The notes under the pieces: model-generated | Database searches by the model: none | Seen by the model: only the letters and a program-made list of their open reading frames with translations | What the model was told of the DNA's origin: nothing | In this document: piece by piece, positions 37,485 through 50,625 of the stretch | Layout of the letters: each line of letters opens with the position of its first letter | How positions within the stretch are numbered: the stretch's first letter is position 1 | Program-made: the position numbers and the translations under genes | Origin: Felis catus | Lineage: Eukaryota | Assembly: GCF_018350175.1 (NCBI RefSeq) | Contig: NC_058368.1 | Location: 44,828,001 to 44,892,000 of the forward strand | Direction: 5' to 3' | Length of the DNA stretch: 64,000 bases

Positions 37485-39571
37485 TAGTTAATGATAAATA
37501 AAAGAGTGCAGCCTGGACTTCTAGCCCATGTTTTAAAGAGAAACTTGAGATATTCTGGTTTAGTATCTTATCTAATTGGAATTACTTCCACAATTTCTAT
37601 GGCAAAATTTTGATCATTTTCCTTAAATCCCAGTGGTGTTATATGCTCTCACAAATTATTTTTAAAATAAACTTCAAGGAAAAAAAATCAAGCTTCAAGA
37701 AATGTCAAAAAATCTAAGATATTATTAATTAAAATTTTATGTTACAATATTTAATGTTAATAATATGATATGCTAATATATTTGTACAAAATATTATTTT
37801 AGTCATAGTTTGGATTAAAACAATAATAGCAACAAAACTAATACTTGGAGGGAATTATGTAACTTTCAAAATCTAATTTTGCTACACATTATATTGGTTT
37901 TTAAAAATAAGACAAAGGGCACTGTAGATTACTATATAGTTTTTGTTCTTCAGTCAACAAGATAAACCTATTCCCTGCTAATATTTGGTATCGGAGAATA
38001 CCATTGAATGAAGAGTTGATGGTTGGCCTATGTTATTCTATTCACCCAAGCTGATTCTTGGAGTTGGTAAGTTTTTCAACTGTTGATCTTTCAGAAAATT
38101 CCTTTTATTTTGGCCCAGGACCTGAGGCTTCAGTGATTCCTGTTTTTATTGTCCAGGTTGCCAAAGATACACTTACTATGAGAAGTTTAAAGATCTTGGT
38201 GTTTTTTAACTTATGTTTCTTACCAAGTTTTATTTGTACTAAGCTGGAATACTTCACTCATATTTCTCGCTCCTTGAAATAAAATAAAGAAATAATTCTC
38301 AAGGCATTTTATGACTTCAAAAGTAAAAGAGAGTGTCAATTTACTGTGATGAATTTCAAGTGAGCTCCTCCAACTGTCCACTTTTGATTTTAAATGATCT
38401 AGTAAAATAATATTCTTTCCTAAGTCAAGTGATGTTTCAGTCTGCTGACAACTAAACCATCACAAATCTCTAAAGGCTTTTTACCTGTGAAAGCACACTA
38501 TTCAAACACCTACCACATCATTGGTTACTTAAAAACCAACTTTCAGAGTCTTTGATAAAAGTTAGGATTTTCAAGTTTTCAATATTTAACAATTTCCTTC
38601 TCCATAATCTTTCTGAATAATTGAGTAAATGCACTTGCCACATTCTACTTCCAAAGGGGAAGAAAGTATATTACTGCATCTTAAAGTGCTGTCAGAATAT
38701 ATGACAAACTTTATTAAGGAAGACACTATCCTAATTGCTGTCTATATTTTCTTTATGCTTTTTCTCATTCTATAAAAATATATAAATTTTAACTTATCAA
38801 AGTTTAAAATGTAGAAGTTATGATAATGATGACCATAATATAAGTATATATACGATCTGCGAAAAATGTAGATTTTCAAAACAGTGTAAACTAGGGTTAT
38901 CATAGAGTTTACTACTTAAAAATAAAACCTTTCTTCTGAATTAATATATGCAGTCAACGTTCATACAGATGTCTATTTGTGCATGCAAATTTATGCATAT
39001 ATGTCCTAATCAGCAATTACATATAATAAAACCTAATTTTAACTTCATCAATTTTCTTCAATTGCAATATATTTATTTGAAAATTATCTTCTTCTACATT
39101 TTATGTTATGCTCTGTCTCCTCCTCATTTTGTTACCCTCATTTTTCCTTATCCATATACCAGAAGTAAAAATAGAAACACTACTTTATAAATTTATGATC
39201 AGCCTTTTTTCCTTTCCAATAAAACTAGAGAAGAACCTGAATTCCATCTCTATCCATATATTTGGAAACCTCTTAATATTCTTTTAACTTAGATCCAATT
39301 AAAATGCAAATTGTCTTTAACAAAGGTTTAGAATAGTATAATATCTTGTTGGAACATTTACTCAGTCTTTAATAAATCTGCTTAGATTTGGTATTGATGA
39401 AATAGTCCATTTTGCTTTGAAAGTCTACCCTTCATTATTTCCAAAAAAACCTTTTCACTGATTGTAAGTTATGTAACTCTAATATCATCTTTCAAATTAT
39501 TAATATTTGAAATTATTCATTTATCCTTTCTTGCAAATATCATTTATCATGTATCTAAAATGAGAAAGGTA

Positions 39572-39690
39572 TGGGCCGCCTGGGTGACTCAGTTGGTAAA
39601 GCATACAACTCTTTATCTTGAGGTTGTAAATTTGAGCCCCATGTTGGGTGTAGAGATTATTTAAAAATAAAATCTTTAGAAAAATAAAAA
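39572..39690 (+). mobile_element. Short Can-SINE variant (tRNA head plus short tail, no CT tract)
   Basis: gggccgcctgggtgactcagttggtaaagcat...tttgagccccatgttgggtgtagagattatttaaaaataaaatc; perfect TSD taaaatgagaaaggt at 39556-39570 and 39691-39705. Confidence 0.9.
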
Positions 39691-40667
39691 TAAAATGAGA
39701 AAGGTGCTATTTGCTGAGAACTAAGAATGTAGCAGTGAATAAGTCAGATGTAGTTTGTTACCTTGTGGAACGTGTAATCCAGCTCTCTGCATAATATTAT
39801 ACATTTAGACTAACTTGGAGTCTGAGAGGAACGCCTGATACTCTGTAAGAAGTTACTTTTTTCTTAAATTTGTCTGGTTGTACATTTCTAAAAGCACTCT
39901 TTTTAGGAAATGATCAGCCCCATCTCAACTCTACCCTACATACAAAGGACAGACTGAGTTTCCCCTCAAGCAAAGATAGATGTATCATGTATCATGTATC
40001 ATCTGATGAACTATAATCGATACCTTTACCTTTTATTCCTCTTTAAAAACTTACTATTAAAGATCTTTAAGTACAAGTATAGTCCTAACTGAAAAATGAC
40101 AGTGAAAGAAAAATCTAAAAGAGAACTGTAAAAAGAAATTAGTTTCACAGTATGTGATTCATTACCTCATCAGAAAATATAAATATTTTACAATAGTTCA
40201 TGAGGTGAAAATTATGATAATAGAGTGAAACTTTATTTACGCATAAAAATCAGAATTTTTTTCACTTGAACAAAAGCATATTATTGATTTAATTTGTTGA
40301 AGAACCGTACTTTGCAAACTGCAAAGGGCACTGTACCCAAAATGTTTCTGGCTTTCCTTTCTGCTGACATCACATTAGAAGCTCTTTTAGGACTATTCTA
40401 ATAATGTAAGAATATTACTTGTTCCAGAAGGGAATTCTATAGATTAAGTGATTGAAATAATTCAACACTTGGGGACTACTTACAAGTTACCATGAAAAAA
40501 ATCTTTTGTATGTGTATTTATAGGATATTTTGTAACATTAGTTCCTTCTCGATACTTTGTTAGTTCTACTGTTGTTACAGCATCAGCTCAACATACAGCA
40601 ACGCCATAAACATTTGTATCTGCTGACAATAAAGAAGACCTAATACATTTTTAATCCTAGATTCTGC

Positions 40668-40698
40668 ATGTATGTGTGTGTGTGTGTTTGTGTGTGTA
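40668..40698. repeat. (TG)n, imperfect
   Basis: Directly visible. Confidence 0.85.
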
Positions 40699-42429
40699 TT
40701 TGATTTTAACAGCTATGCACTGTATCTTTGTGTTTTAGAAATAGCTCAGTATGAGAAATAAAAATAAAATTAAAATATGCAAATGAAATCATCTTTAAAA
40801 TGAATAGAATACTTCTCAAGTAGAGGAATATTATAATTATATTCAACATCATCAACATCAAGAAAGCAGAAGGATATGTTTCTTAAAATAGAATGTTCTT
40901 CAGTTTGGATATAAAAACCTAAAATGGAAACATATGTGAAGAATATCTGAATAGAAGAAATGGACGGTATCTAAAATGGACCCTTAAGAGGCTTATAATT
41001 TTCATTTGATACTCTGCAATAATGCTTAATTAGTCTTTGAAACTGTCATAAATGCACATTTAATTGTGGTTATTTTATGAACCCTAACAATTACAAAGTT
41101 CTGTGTAGTCAAACAGCAATCACATGAGTGAATAATTATGTGTTATAATGCTACTATTTATTATACATCTCTATCAGTTTATCCAGTGTCATATGAATAT
41201 CCTGTTCACACATGACACTGAACACAAAAGTCAGTTTTTTAAAACTTCCACTGAAATCAGCTTCCGGTCTTAGCTAGTGGACTTGGTTGTACCAACGACT
41301 GTGATTTAGGACACAAATAAATACCTGTAAAGAGTTGTGAGCCTAATGTAGGCACAGAGGAAGTAAAGAGAAGCAAAAACTAAAATAGGAAGTTCATATC
41401 TATGCAAGCTTCCACCTGCTTCCCCATTACTTGTGATCATCCACCTTCAGTGGCAGTTGTCATCGAAGCCACTCAATGTATCCAACCTTCATTTCTTATC
41501 AATTTACAAAGAAATGCTGAAAGTCAAAGTTTGCTCATTTTCAACCTGACAATTGTATATTAACTTAAACTCACTACTCAGACCATGTATTACTCAGATA
41601 CTGAAAAGGAGTAACATGAAGTAATGAACAACATTTTTAAAAAGATAACTTTCAACACACATTTTAGTACTAATATATCGCATAATAATCCTGGGGATAA
41701 TATGGGTGAAGGGAACTTTGTTTTGATGACTTAGAAAAGCAAAGCAATTTAAAATTAAATTCCAAAAAAAATTGAATTAACAAAATTAAATTAAATTCCT
41801 TGGATTCCCCCAAAGAAAACTCTAATTAATGGGTTATTAGAAGAGTTATCAGTAATGATAAAAAAAAGAGCATGCTTCTAACTAGAAACCATGAGAAATG
41901 TCAGGTATTTCAAAACCATGAACAGAAACCGCATAAATAAGGTTGGTTCTTTTTGTCTGGAATTGCTCTAATGGTTCTGAAGCACAAGTGAATGATGTAT
42001 AGGATTTTTAGAGGACCAGACCGAAAGGGCAGCCATTCTCACACTGGCTTGGCAGGGCTCTATGCTGCAGTGCTGAGACGTCTATCTTCCAAGGCTATTT
42101 ATTGAACATGGTAGCCTTTGATCAGTCCTATTGCCACACTTCCGCCCCTAGCATAAACATCGGGAAATGCTGTGAGCCATGATGGTAGCACTGGGCAGAA
42201 AGTGAGTGACGTGAACAGGGAAACGAAAACAAAACAAAACAAAAACAAAAACTGAGGAACAAAATGTTCATGGCGTTCTGTACTCTCATCTATATTTTAA
42301 GTTTACAATATCCATTTGTCTAAAGTAATCCATGTTTTGAAGTGTTCTGAACATCAGAAATCTAATTTGATTTAATGAATAAAATTCAATTGCTGTGTAG
42401 TCATTAGCGTATTAAAGCATCTAATTTCT

Positions 42430-42651
42430 TTTTTTTTTTTACTTTTTTTAACGTTTTTATTTATTTTTGAGACAGGGAGAGACAGAGCATGAACAGGGGA
42501 GGGTCAGAGAGAGGGAGGCACAGAATCTGAAACAGGCTCCAGGCTTTGAGCTGTCAGCACAGAGCCCGACGTGGGGCTCGAACTCACGGACCGCAAGATC
42601 ATGACCTGAGCTGAAGTCGGGCGCTCAACCGACTGAGCCACCCAGGCGCCC
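42430..42651 (-). mobile_element. Young Can-SINE
   Basis: Perfect 18-bp TSD ttaaagcatctaatttct at 42412-42429 and 42652-42669. Confidence 0.96.
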
Positions 42652-43029
42652 TTAAAGCATCTAATTTCTAGTTTGACAGTACTGGCTTAAATCTCCGTTC
42701 TAGCATGGTCTTTCTATTGTTCTTCAGGAAATTATTGAACATCCCTGAGTCATTTTTAGAATGGAGATTATGCATATGTAGCAGGGGTTCTGAAAGGATT
42801 AAATTAACTAAGCATGCTTCACCCTAGAACAATGCTTGATATGTACTATATACACTTAACTTGTATACCTTCAGCACCAGCAGTGGGAAGCTTTGCTACC
42901 AGACACAATGGCAGAAGTTTAGATTTACCTGACTTTCTCTTTTTCTTTCTCACTCACCCAATATGTGTGTGAGTGTACACATATAGGTCTCTATAGAATG
43001 CCAGTCTTTATTCTTGGTTTCTTTTCTGG

Positions 43030-44100
43030 CCTCTTCCTCACAGCAGTCAGGCAACTAGTCTTTAAATTTAATCTCGGCTTTTACTTGCTTAAGAATGTTT
43101 TCAATGATATACCATTATACTCGATATAAAAACCCAAATCCTTAACAAATTCTCAATAACCTTGGAAAATCGGCTCTGCCTAAAACTCCAGCCTCATCAT
43201 CCACCTCTCTTCCTTTCTGCCTGACTATTCAATCACATTTGAATTTCCCAAAACAGAATAAGCTCCTTCCCACCTCAGGTCACTGGCACATCATGAATGT
43301 TCTTTAGCCAACACTTCACCTGATGAATCCTGCCTCATCCTTTACAACTCCATATAAGGCAACACTCGTTTAACAAGGCTTTGTCTCTTTCACTGTCCCA
43401 TAGCATCTTACCACTATCCTTTGTAGCAGTTACCATATGTATGCATGATGCAAATATATATGCATGTATATAAATGTCATTTATAGGAATAATTTATTTG
43501 CACTAAGTATCTTCATTTTTATTCTAAGGGCAAACTATGTCTATTTTAGCTACCATAGTATGCCCAATGTGACGTATAGTCTGGGTACAAAATATTCAGT
43601 AGTCACTCTGTCACTATTCAATCAACAATAAATGCTATGCACTTAAGGTATATAAGTGTAATAAAAAATGCTAACAAGAAGCTACCACAGTAATGGAAGA
43701 GAAGAAAACACAGTAACAAAATCAAACATATAAAGCCAGAAACTAATAACTACACTAAAGGATATAAAACAGTGTGAGGGTGTAGAGAGTTTTGAAGGCA
43801 GTGCCACATTATATAAAATATTCAGAGATGAGAACTCCGTGGAAGTGACATTTGAGCAGGCATCTGAACGAGGCAGAGGAGAAAAGGATATAAATACTTG
43901 GTAGAACAGTGTTTCTGGCAGAGGGAAGCAAGAGCAAACACAAAGGTCATCAGGTGAAAGGTCCTTAGGTGAGATGCTTGATGTAGTTAAAAGGCAGTAC
44001 AAAGACCAGTGTGGTTGAAAGTGTATGAACAGAGAAAATATGGTAAGAAATGGGACTGAAAAGAAAATTAGAGGAAAACTATGTGTGTTCTTGAATGACT
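43030..44100. mobile_element. LINE2 fragments (antisense ~43030-43600, sense ~43620-44100)
   Basis: aaaacccaaatccttaaca...ctccttcccacctcagg and gaagtgacatttgagcag...gtttctggcagagggaagc...caaagg motifs typical of L2. Confidence 0.6.
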
Positions 44101-44371
44101 GAATTCATGAGTGGGGAAAATCGCAATCCTAAAAGAATATCCAAAGGGAATATGTTAGTATATTACCATTTACTAGATACTTCATCAGGACAAAATAAAT
44201 TTCAACACATAATGCTTATTCTGTCATAAAGGATTTTGCAGTACAGTTGTGAAGACCAGTCACAAACACAGAAAAGGTCACTGATTGCATAGGGAAATTT
44301 ATGACAATGTCACATAATCCTAAATAAGGGAACCCTAAGATTTCAAAGGAGAGAAAGAATGCCATGGAAAG

Positions 44372-44590
44372 GTTTTTTTTTAAAGATTTTTTGTTTATTT
44401 TTGAAAGGGAGAGACAGAAAGAAAGCATGAGCAAAAGTGAGACAGAGACAAAGGGAGAAAAGAACCCCAAGCAAGTTCTATGCTGCCAGCACAGGGCACA
44501 ATGTGGGGCTCAAACTCACGAATCATGAGATCAAGACCTGAGTCGAAACTAAGAATCAGATGCTTAACCGACTGAGCCACCCACGCTCCC
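44372..44590 (-). mobile_element. Can-SINE
   Basis: gcttaaccgactgagccacccac head; TSD-like ccatggaaag/ccatgaaaag. Confidence 0.92.
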
Positions 44591-44959
44591 ACCATGAAAA
44601 GTTTTACGATGTTTCTTAGGCATGAATGAACTTGAACTGGAAACTGGGGGGTTATTTAGAATTATATTCCAGAGATTCCAGGCCAGAGACATTATCATGT
44701 ACAAGTGATCATTTACATGTACATGTACATTATCATGTACAAGTGAAGGGAATTCACAGCACATGTTTAGGAGGAGGGAGGTCAGGTCTGCTTATTTTTG
44801 AGGAAAAATGCCCAGGTAATGGTTTAGAAGTTAGGTAAGGAGGACTATGCATATCAAAACTGTGTGAATCTGCTATTTTGAGGTAAATAAATGTTGGATG
44901 AGGAAAACATGCCAATCTATTCAATGTAAGAAACATTGTGGATAGTGAATTGACAGTGC

Positions 44960-45300
44960 TGTGCAAGTGAAGGTCAGAGAATTCATGTTAATGGTCTCAA
45001 CCTTCAGTTCTATGTGAATTGTCTTCAAAAGCACTCAGCAAAGGCACTCCGTTTCTCAAGAACCTCCAGAAGGCTCCCATCAACTGACTCAGTCTACAGT
45101 TGTGAAGTAAATCTCTTTCAAAGGCTTGCTAAGAAGTTATTTCAAGTTTCCATTTGTCCACCTCTCTGCTTTTAACTGCTTGTGAAGTTGTACCTTCCAC
45201 CTCTTATCTCCCATAGCTTACACGGATGCCCGTTATTGACAAACTCTAACCCAGAACCAAAAGGAGAGAGTATTTCAGAGAAATGCAGTTCCAGGAGTCC
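44960..45300 (-). mobile_element. Possible old ERVL-type LTR fragment
   Basis: actctaacccagaacc...tttcagagaaatgcagttcc resembles an ancient ERVL LTR motif; family not resolved. Confidence 0.35.
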
Positions 45301-47635
45301 CTGAAAAGGCAAGATGACCTTGGAGGGAAGTGGCAGTGATGATTAGTGGAAATAGACAGCCCAGCAGAGAAAGAAAGGTCAGATGACTGAAGTAGACCTT
45401 TGGACTCTCCATTCATCTTTGCACAAAGAAAATTAATCTCAGTATTATTCTTTCATATAACATTTAATTTGAACAGAAGATTACACCACTAAGATGGAAC
45501 ACAATGAGGAACATTTACACAACACTATTAGACACAAACCTATTTTGTCAAATATGTGAAAATAGCTATTTTTATGCCCTACTGTAATTCAGCTATACGC
45601 ACCAAATTTTTTTCAATATCTCTTCATATGACATGAGTATAGAATCATGCTATTCTTGATATTCTCATCTGTTTCTATTTGTCACTCTAATGATTTTAAA
45701 TTATGATTTTCAAAATTAAGCACAACTCTCATAATGAACTCTAATAGTTAGAGGGGGCATATTTCCTTCAATTATTTTGTTGCTGTCTGGATATTCAGGC
45801 AGCCAAAGTTTAAATTAATGTTTTAGAATTAGTTTCACACTTCTGCCTAATATGGAACTTGCAATCAAAATTTTCCAGTAGCTTGCACATGAACCACTGC
45901 CAAGCTGGGTCACCTTCCTGAATAGATTTTGGAATTATCCACAAAAAATCAATAGTTGAAGCCAAATACAGAGGTGAAATTTCCAAAGGAAAGTTACCAA
46001 ATGATATAAATGGCAAAAGCATATAACCAGCACCATAAGATCTGGATGTTCAAGGTCAAGTTGATATCTAAAACTTTCAGCAAGGAAATAGAAACTTATG
46101 GAAAAATGTTACTTATAAAATAAACAAATAAATAGTAGATCCAATAAAGAATTTAGTCCCAGATGTACTAGAAAAAGTAGTATGATTTGCTATTAAAGCA
46201 ACTAAAAAAAAAGATAACATAATGGGCTTGTTCTTAAAGCACAGATTGAATAGATTGGATGAAGACATATGCAAGATTGAACAAGGATCAGAAGTAAAGA
46301 TGTGGTGAGAAATTATAATACCAGATGTAAAACACTCATTTGAAAGTGTTAGAAATGAGAGAAAACAGTAATGTAGGACCAATAGGTCAGTAAATTTTAT
46401 TCACTAAAAATAGTAACCCATGAGCATCGAGAATATTGGAGCTTCATGTTCCCAAAAGAATTTGAAATCATGTTTGAAATCACGAAATTAAATTTCAGCC
46501 TACATGGCACAATACATAATCCATTCATAGTCTCAAAAATAAATTAAGATAGAGATGTTTAGAATGTTGAGTATATTAACAAAATTTGTGTAAATTTCAG
46601 GTTTAAATATATTTTACTATAGAATATACATTTTAAACTTTCTAAAGAAAAAATATTGTTAATATTGTGTGATAAATTGTGGAGCAGTACAAGCAGCTGC
46701 AAGAAAAACATCTTTATTACTAAATTAATAATTTCAAACTAGACCAGAAGGGACCATTATCCCTCTGGATATGGACACATATTGTTCTTCGGCTTAGCTA
46801 CGCCAAGAACTCCTAATTGTAATGAAATGTGCATAATTAAATGACTGCAGTTGGACTTTGATATTTTGGTTGATGAACTGTTTGTTTACATTGATTTTAT
46901 ATGGTTCATATCATTTCAATATTGGTACTATGCCTTGTCATGGAATATTTCAAAGGAAAATTTTGACAATAGAATCACAGAGCATGTATCTCTTTCTTTT
47001 TATTTGTATATTTTCATTTAATTTACCACTTGGCTTAAAGGATTAAAGAAGAAAAATAAAATAAGATTAAAATTCTGTATAAGAATAACAATCAGAAGAC
47101 TTTTAAATGGCTGACAGTCATTGTGATTTGAAAAGATGTTGAATCTTAAAAGAAGAACTTTTTCATAAGTAGCAAGTACAAAGCTTAATGAGATTTACCT
47201 CATATAAATTCTTTCCTTGAGTTGAAAGGGAAAGTTCTATACTTTACAATTGGTTGTTTCAATAATTACAATCAAATCATTAGTAATGTTAATAGTGACA
47301 ATAACAAAATTGGCTAGCATTTTCTAGAGGGCTTACTATATGCCAGACACTAGAATAAGATCTTTTAGAATGTTCTTTCTAGGGTATGAAATATGATCAG
47401 TGTGAATTGTTGTAGCTGATTATTCTATTCTAGAATGGAGATAACATAAAAAACATCTCACATCACAAAGTTCACACATTTAAAGTGTACAATTCAAGTG
47501 ATTTTTGGTATCTCTATAAAGGTGTTAAAATACATATATATAGAAAAAATGAGAAAAATATAGACTTAAATTACTTTATGAGTATTTACTGACTGATATT
47601 CACTCAGTTTAAACCCATCATTAAAATGGTAAAGA

Positions 47636-47848
47636 GGGGCGCCTGGGTGGCTCAGTGGGTTGAGAGTCCGACTTTGGCTCAGATCATGATCTCACTGTTT
47701 GTGAGTTTGAGCCCCGCATCAGGCTCTGTGCTGACCTCTTGCTCAGAGCCTGAGCCTGCTTCAGATTCTGTGTCTCCTTCTCTCTCTGCCCCTCCCCTGC
47801 TCACGCTTTGTCTCACTCTGTTTCTCAAAAATAAATCAATGTAAAAAA

Positions 47849-47888
<40 letters not shown>
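47636..47888 (+). mobile_element. Can-SINE with (TAAA)n tail
   Basis: TSD taaaatggtaaaga at 47622-47635 and 47889-47902. Confidence 0.95.
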
Positions 47889-47891
<3 letters not shown>

Positions 47892-48103
47892 AATGGTAAA
47901 GAAAGTCAAAGTTCTTAAAAAAAATAGATCAGTTCATTTATACATCTAAATATTTCCCCTTACTATAGAGTTTGCAGAGGTTCTGAAATCCAGTATGTAC
48001 TATGCCAATAAATACTTTATAATATATACTTTAAGTAATGATATTTTCCCTGGACAAATCATACAGGCAGAGGCATACCAAATATAATGTGCTATGATGA
48101 AAA

Positions 48104-48475
48104 TGCATTTGGCAGCTTGGGCTGCTATAACACAATACTATTGCCTGGGTAGCTTAAAGAACAGGAATTTATTTCCCATATTCAGGAGTTGGGAAGTCTA
48201 AGATGAAGGTGTAGACTGATTTGAGTTCCTGGTGAGGGCTCTCTTCATGATTTATAGGTGGTCACCTTCTTACTGTTCCCTCACAAGGTAGAGAGAGAGA
48301 GGAGGCAAATTCTCTGGTATCTCTCCTTATAAGGGCACTAATCTCATCATGAGGGACCCACTCTTAGGACTTCATCTAAACCTAATTACAACCAAAAGTC
48401 CCTGTCTCCAAGAACCGTCACATCGTGGGTAGGCTTCAACATTGAATTTTGGTTGATACAACTTATTCCATAGTA
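48104..48475 (-). mobile_element. MaLR solo LTR (MLT1A/MLT1A0-like), sense to KLHL1
   Basis: gggctgctataaca...tgggtagcttaaa...ggaagtctaagatgaaggtg...tggtgagggctctctt...ttataagggcactaatc...aggcttcaaca. Confidence 0.88.
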
Positions 48476-48900
48476 GAAATGTTGTAAGAAAAAGGCAAAA
48501 AAAAGTTGCTTTTTTTTTTTTTTTTGTGGTACAGACTGGTAGCTCTTCATCAGAAAGAAAAGAAGAAAAAAGGGGCAGCTGTGGAAGTAGGTTTAAAAAG
48601 AGATATGACAGGAGTACTAAGAAAGATTAAACAATTTTAAAATCTTAAATAGTCTATAGTTGCTTTATGGTTTTATTTATGATTTATACACAATGTAGAA
48701 ATAAGTCCATTAAGAACAGACTTTTTTTGCTTTGATATTATAAAATTCTATGTAGTACATTTTGCCCCATTATAGAAATGTGCCCAAGCCTATAGAACTC
48801 ATTTGAAACATGAAAAAGTCATTCAATGCAATGATAGCAATTGTTTTAACCTCTGATAATACAGCTATGCCTCTATTATGGAAATAGTACATTTCCTTAC

Positions 48901-49097
48901 CATTGTGTAGCTGTGGGCCACCTTCATTAATTCAATGCATCCTTGAGCATCTGCGAAGGCTCGGATCCCCAAACAGTTGGATGGGTGCAACAGCTTCATG
49001 AGGAAGTGGCAGCACACTTCTACTACTTGAGGGAGCTGAAGAAGGCACGCTGCAGCAAGAAGGTTTTCAATGGTGTCTTCCTTTAACTCCAAGCAAC
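48901..49097 (-). CDS. KLHL1: Internal coding exon of Kelch-like protein 1 (end of BTB domain into BACK domain); probably orthologous to human exon 4
   Basis: Minus strand reads ...tttag|GT TGC TTG GAG...ACA ATG|gtaagg: canonical AG/GT, 197 nt, phase 1 in and phase 0 out. Translation (G)[65 protein letters not shown] matches KLHL1 as I recall it and differs from the paralogues KLHL4 and KLHL5. Confidence 0.92.
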
Positions 49098-49479
49098 CTA
49101 AACATTAAGTGAACAGAATCACGAAACTGTTTAGAACGATAACTTACATGTCTCACTTCACGTAACATTCAAAATCTTCTAGTACGTACAAATGCCTTGT
49201 CAACTAAAATGTCTGTATCCACTTCAGCAGGAATTATGGTTGTTCCTTTTGTTGTGAATTAAGGAAAAAAAAGGAGGCACAAGAAAGTTTCACAAAAACA
49301 TGTCTAGAAGCTTAGGAGAGCAAAAATTTATGAAGTTTCTGACAATACACTTGTGTATGTTAGTATGAAGCACTTATATGTGGATAATGAATACATGTAT
49401 ATGTACATGTCTTATATATACCTGTGTTGTAGATTGCTAATACTGTTTTTAACTCACTGTACCCATGGTTATAGTTTTC

Positions 49480-49790
49480 TGTAATTTTTCTTTCCGTTTA
49501 GTCAGTTCTCTTAACCTCAGAAAATGAGCTCTTGAGTATTTCCTCTTTTTTCTAACTACTGGAATAATTTATTAAAGAATTGGACTTTTTGTGGAATGTT
49601 TGTAAAACATTCCTGTGAAGCCTTCTGGGCTTAACTATTTGGGGTTAGGTTTTGTTTGGCAACTCAACACATCTTTAATAGGTTTACTTCCATTCAGATT
49701 TTCTATGTGTCACTCAGGATCGAGTGAGTATTTCTAAGTCATACAAACGGCTTATTCCATCTTAGTTTTTGTGGCACAGACTGTTACTCT
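49480..49790 (-). mobile_element. Very old L1M ORF2 fragment (probably continues beyond the SINEs)
   Basis: cctcagaaaatgag...tttcctcttttttc...gaatgtttgtaaaacattcctgtgaagccttctgggc resembles antisense L1 ORF2. Confidence 0.55.
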
Positions 49791-49811
49791 TCACTAGAAA
49801 TAGCTTCACGC

Positions 49812-50042
49812 GGGGCGCCTGGGTGGCTCAGTCGGTTGGGCGGCCGACTTCGGCTCAGGTCATGATCTCACGGTCCGTGAGTTCGAGCCCTGCATCGGGC
49901 TCTGTGCTGACAGCTCAGAGCCTGGAGCCTGTTTTGGATTCTATGTCTCCCTCTCTTTGACCCTCCCCCATTCGTGCTCTGTCTCTCTCTCTATCTCAAA
50001 GATAAATAAATGTTAAAAATTTTTTTAAATAAAAAAAAAAAA
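49812..50042 (+). mobile_element. Young Can-SINE
   Basis: Perfect 16-bp TSD agaaatagcttcacgc at 49796-49811 and 50043-50058; CpG-rich. Confidence 0.96.
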
Positions 50043-50412
50043 AGAAATAGCTTCACGCATTTTCCTGAACACAGGACCAGGCCACATGATAACATCAGGA
50101 TACATGTCAATGGACTACGAGTAGAGGGATTTTGGTTACTACCAAACCAAGGTATTTATGACTTGATTGTGCTCCATCCATGGTCTCTTTCTCTTCTACC
50201 AGCAAAGTAAAGATGGCATAAAACCTTGGTGGATGGAGGATGCACATGGTGTAAGGAGCCTGTGTGCCTGAATCTATACCAAAAACTATTAGTTTCAAAT
50301 AATAACTCAATATTTAAGCTAATAATACTCAATAAACTCAAGTACTCAACTGTATATAATTTTATTGGTTTATTGGTTTTATTGATCATTGCAGTCTAAT
50401 CTACTCTAAATT

Positions 50413-50625
50413 TTTAAAATTTTTTTGAGTTTATTTTATTTATTTTGAAAGAGAGAGAGAGCACAAGTTGGGGAGGGCCAGAGAGGAGGAGAGAGAATCC
50501 CAAGCAGGCTCTGCACCATCAGAACAGAGCCTGATGTGGGGCTCAAACTCACAAACCATGACATCATGACCTGGGCTGAGATCAAGAGTCAGATGCTTAA
50601 TTGACTGTGCTACCCAGGTGTCCCC
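50413..50625 (-). mobile_element. Can-SINE
   Basis: TSD core tctactctaaatt at 50400-50412 and 50628-50640. Confidence 0.92.

Noticed and set aside
39572..39650. tRNA gene
   Set aside because: It is a tRNA-derived SINE head with A-rich tail and TSD; no intact cloverleaf is evident.
42870..42890. REST/RE1 site (ttcagcacc; also near 31071)
   Set aside because: Only the left half-site is present; the GGACAG right half is absent.
1..48864. Next KLHL1 exon (ENIMEVIRNQEF...) and, on the other side, the preceding BTB exon
   Set aside because: Neither is in the ORF track nor found by eye; both are probably outside the window. A short exon could have been missed.
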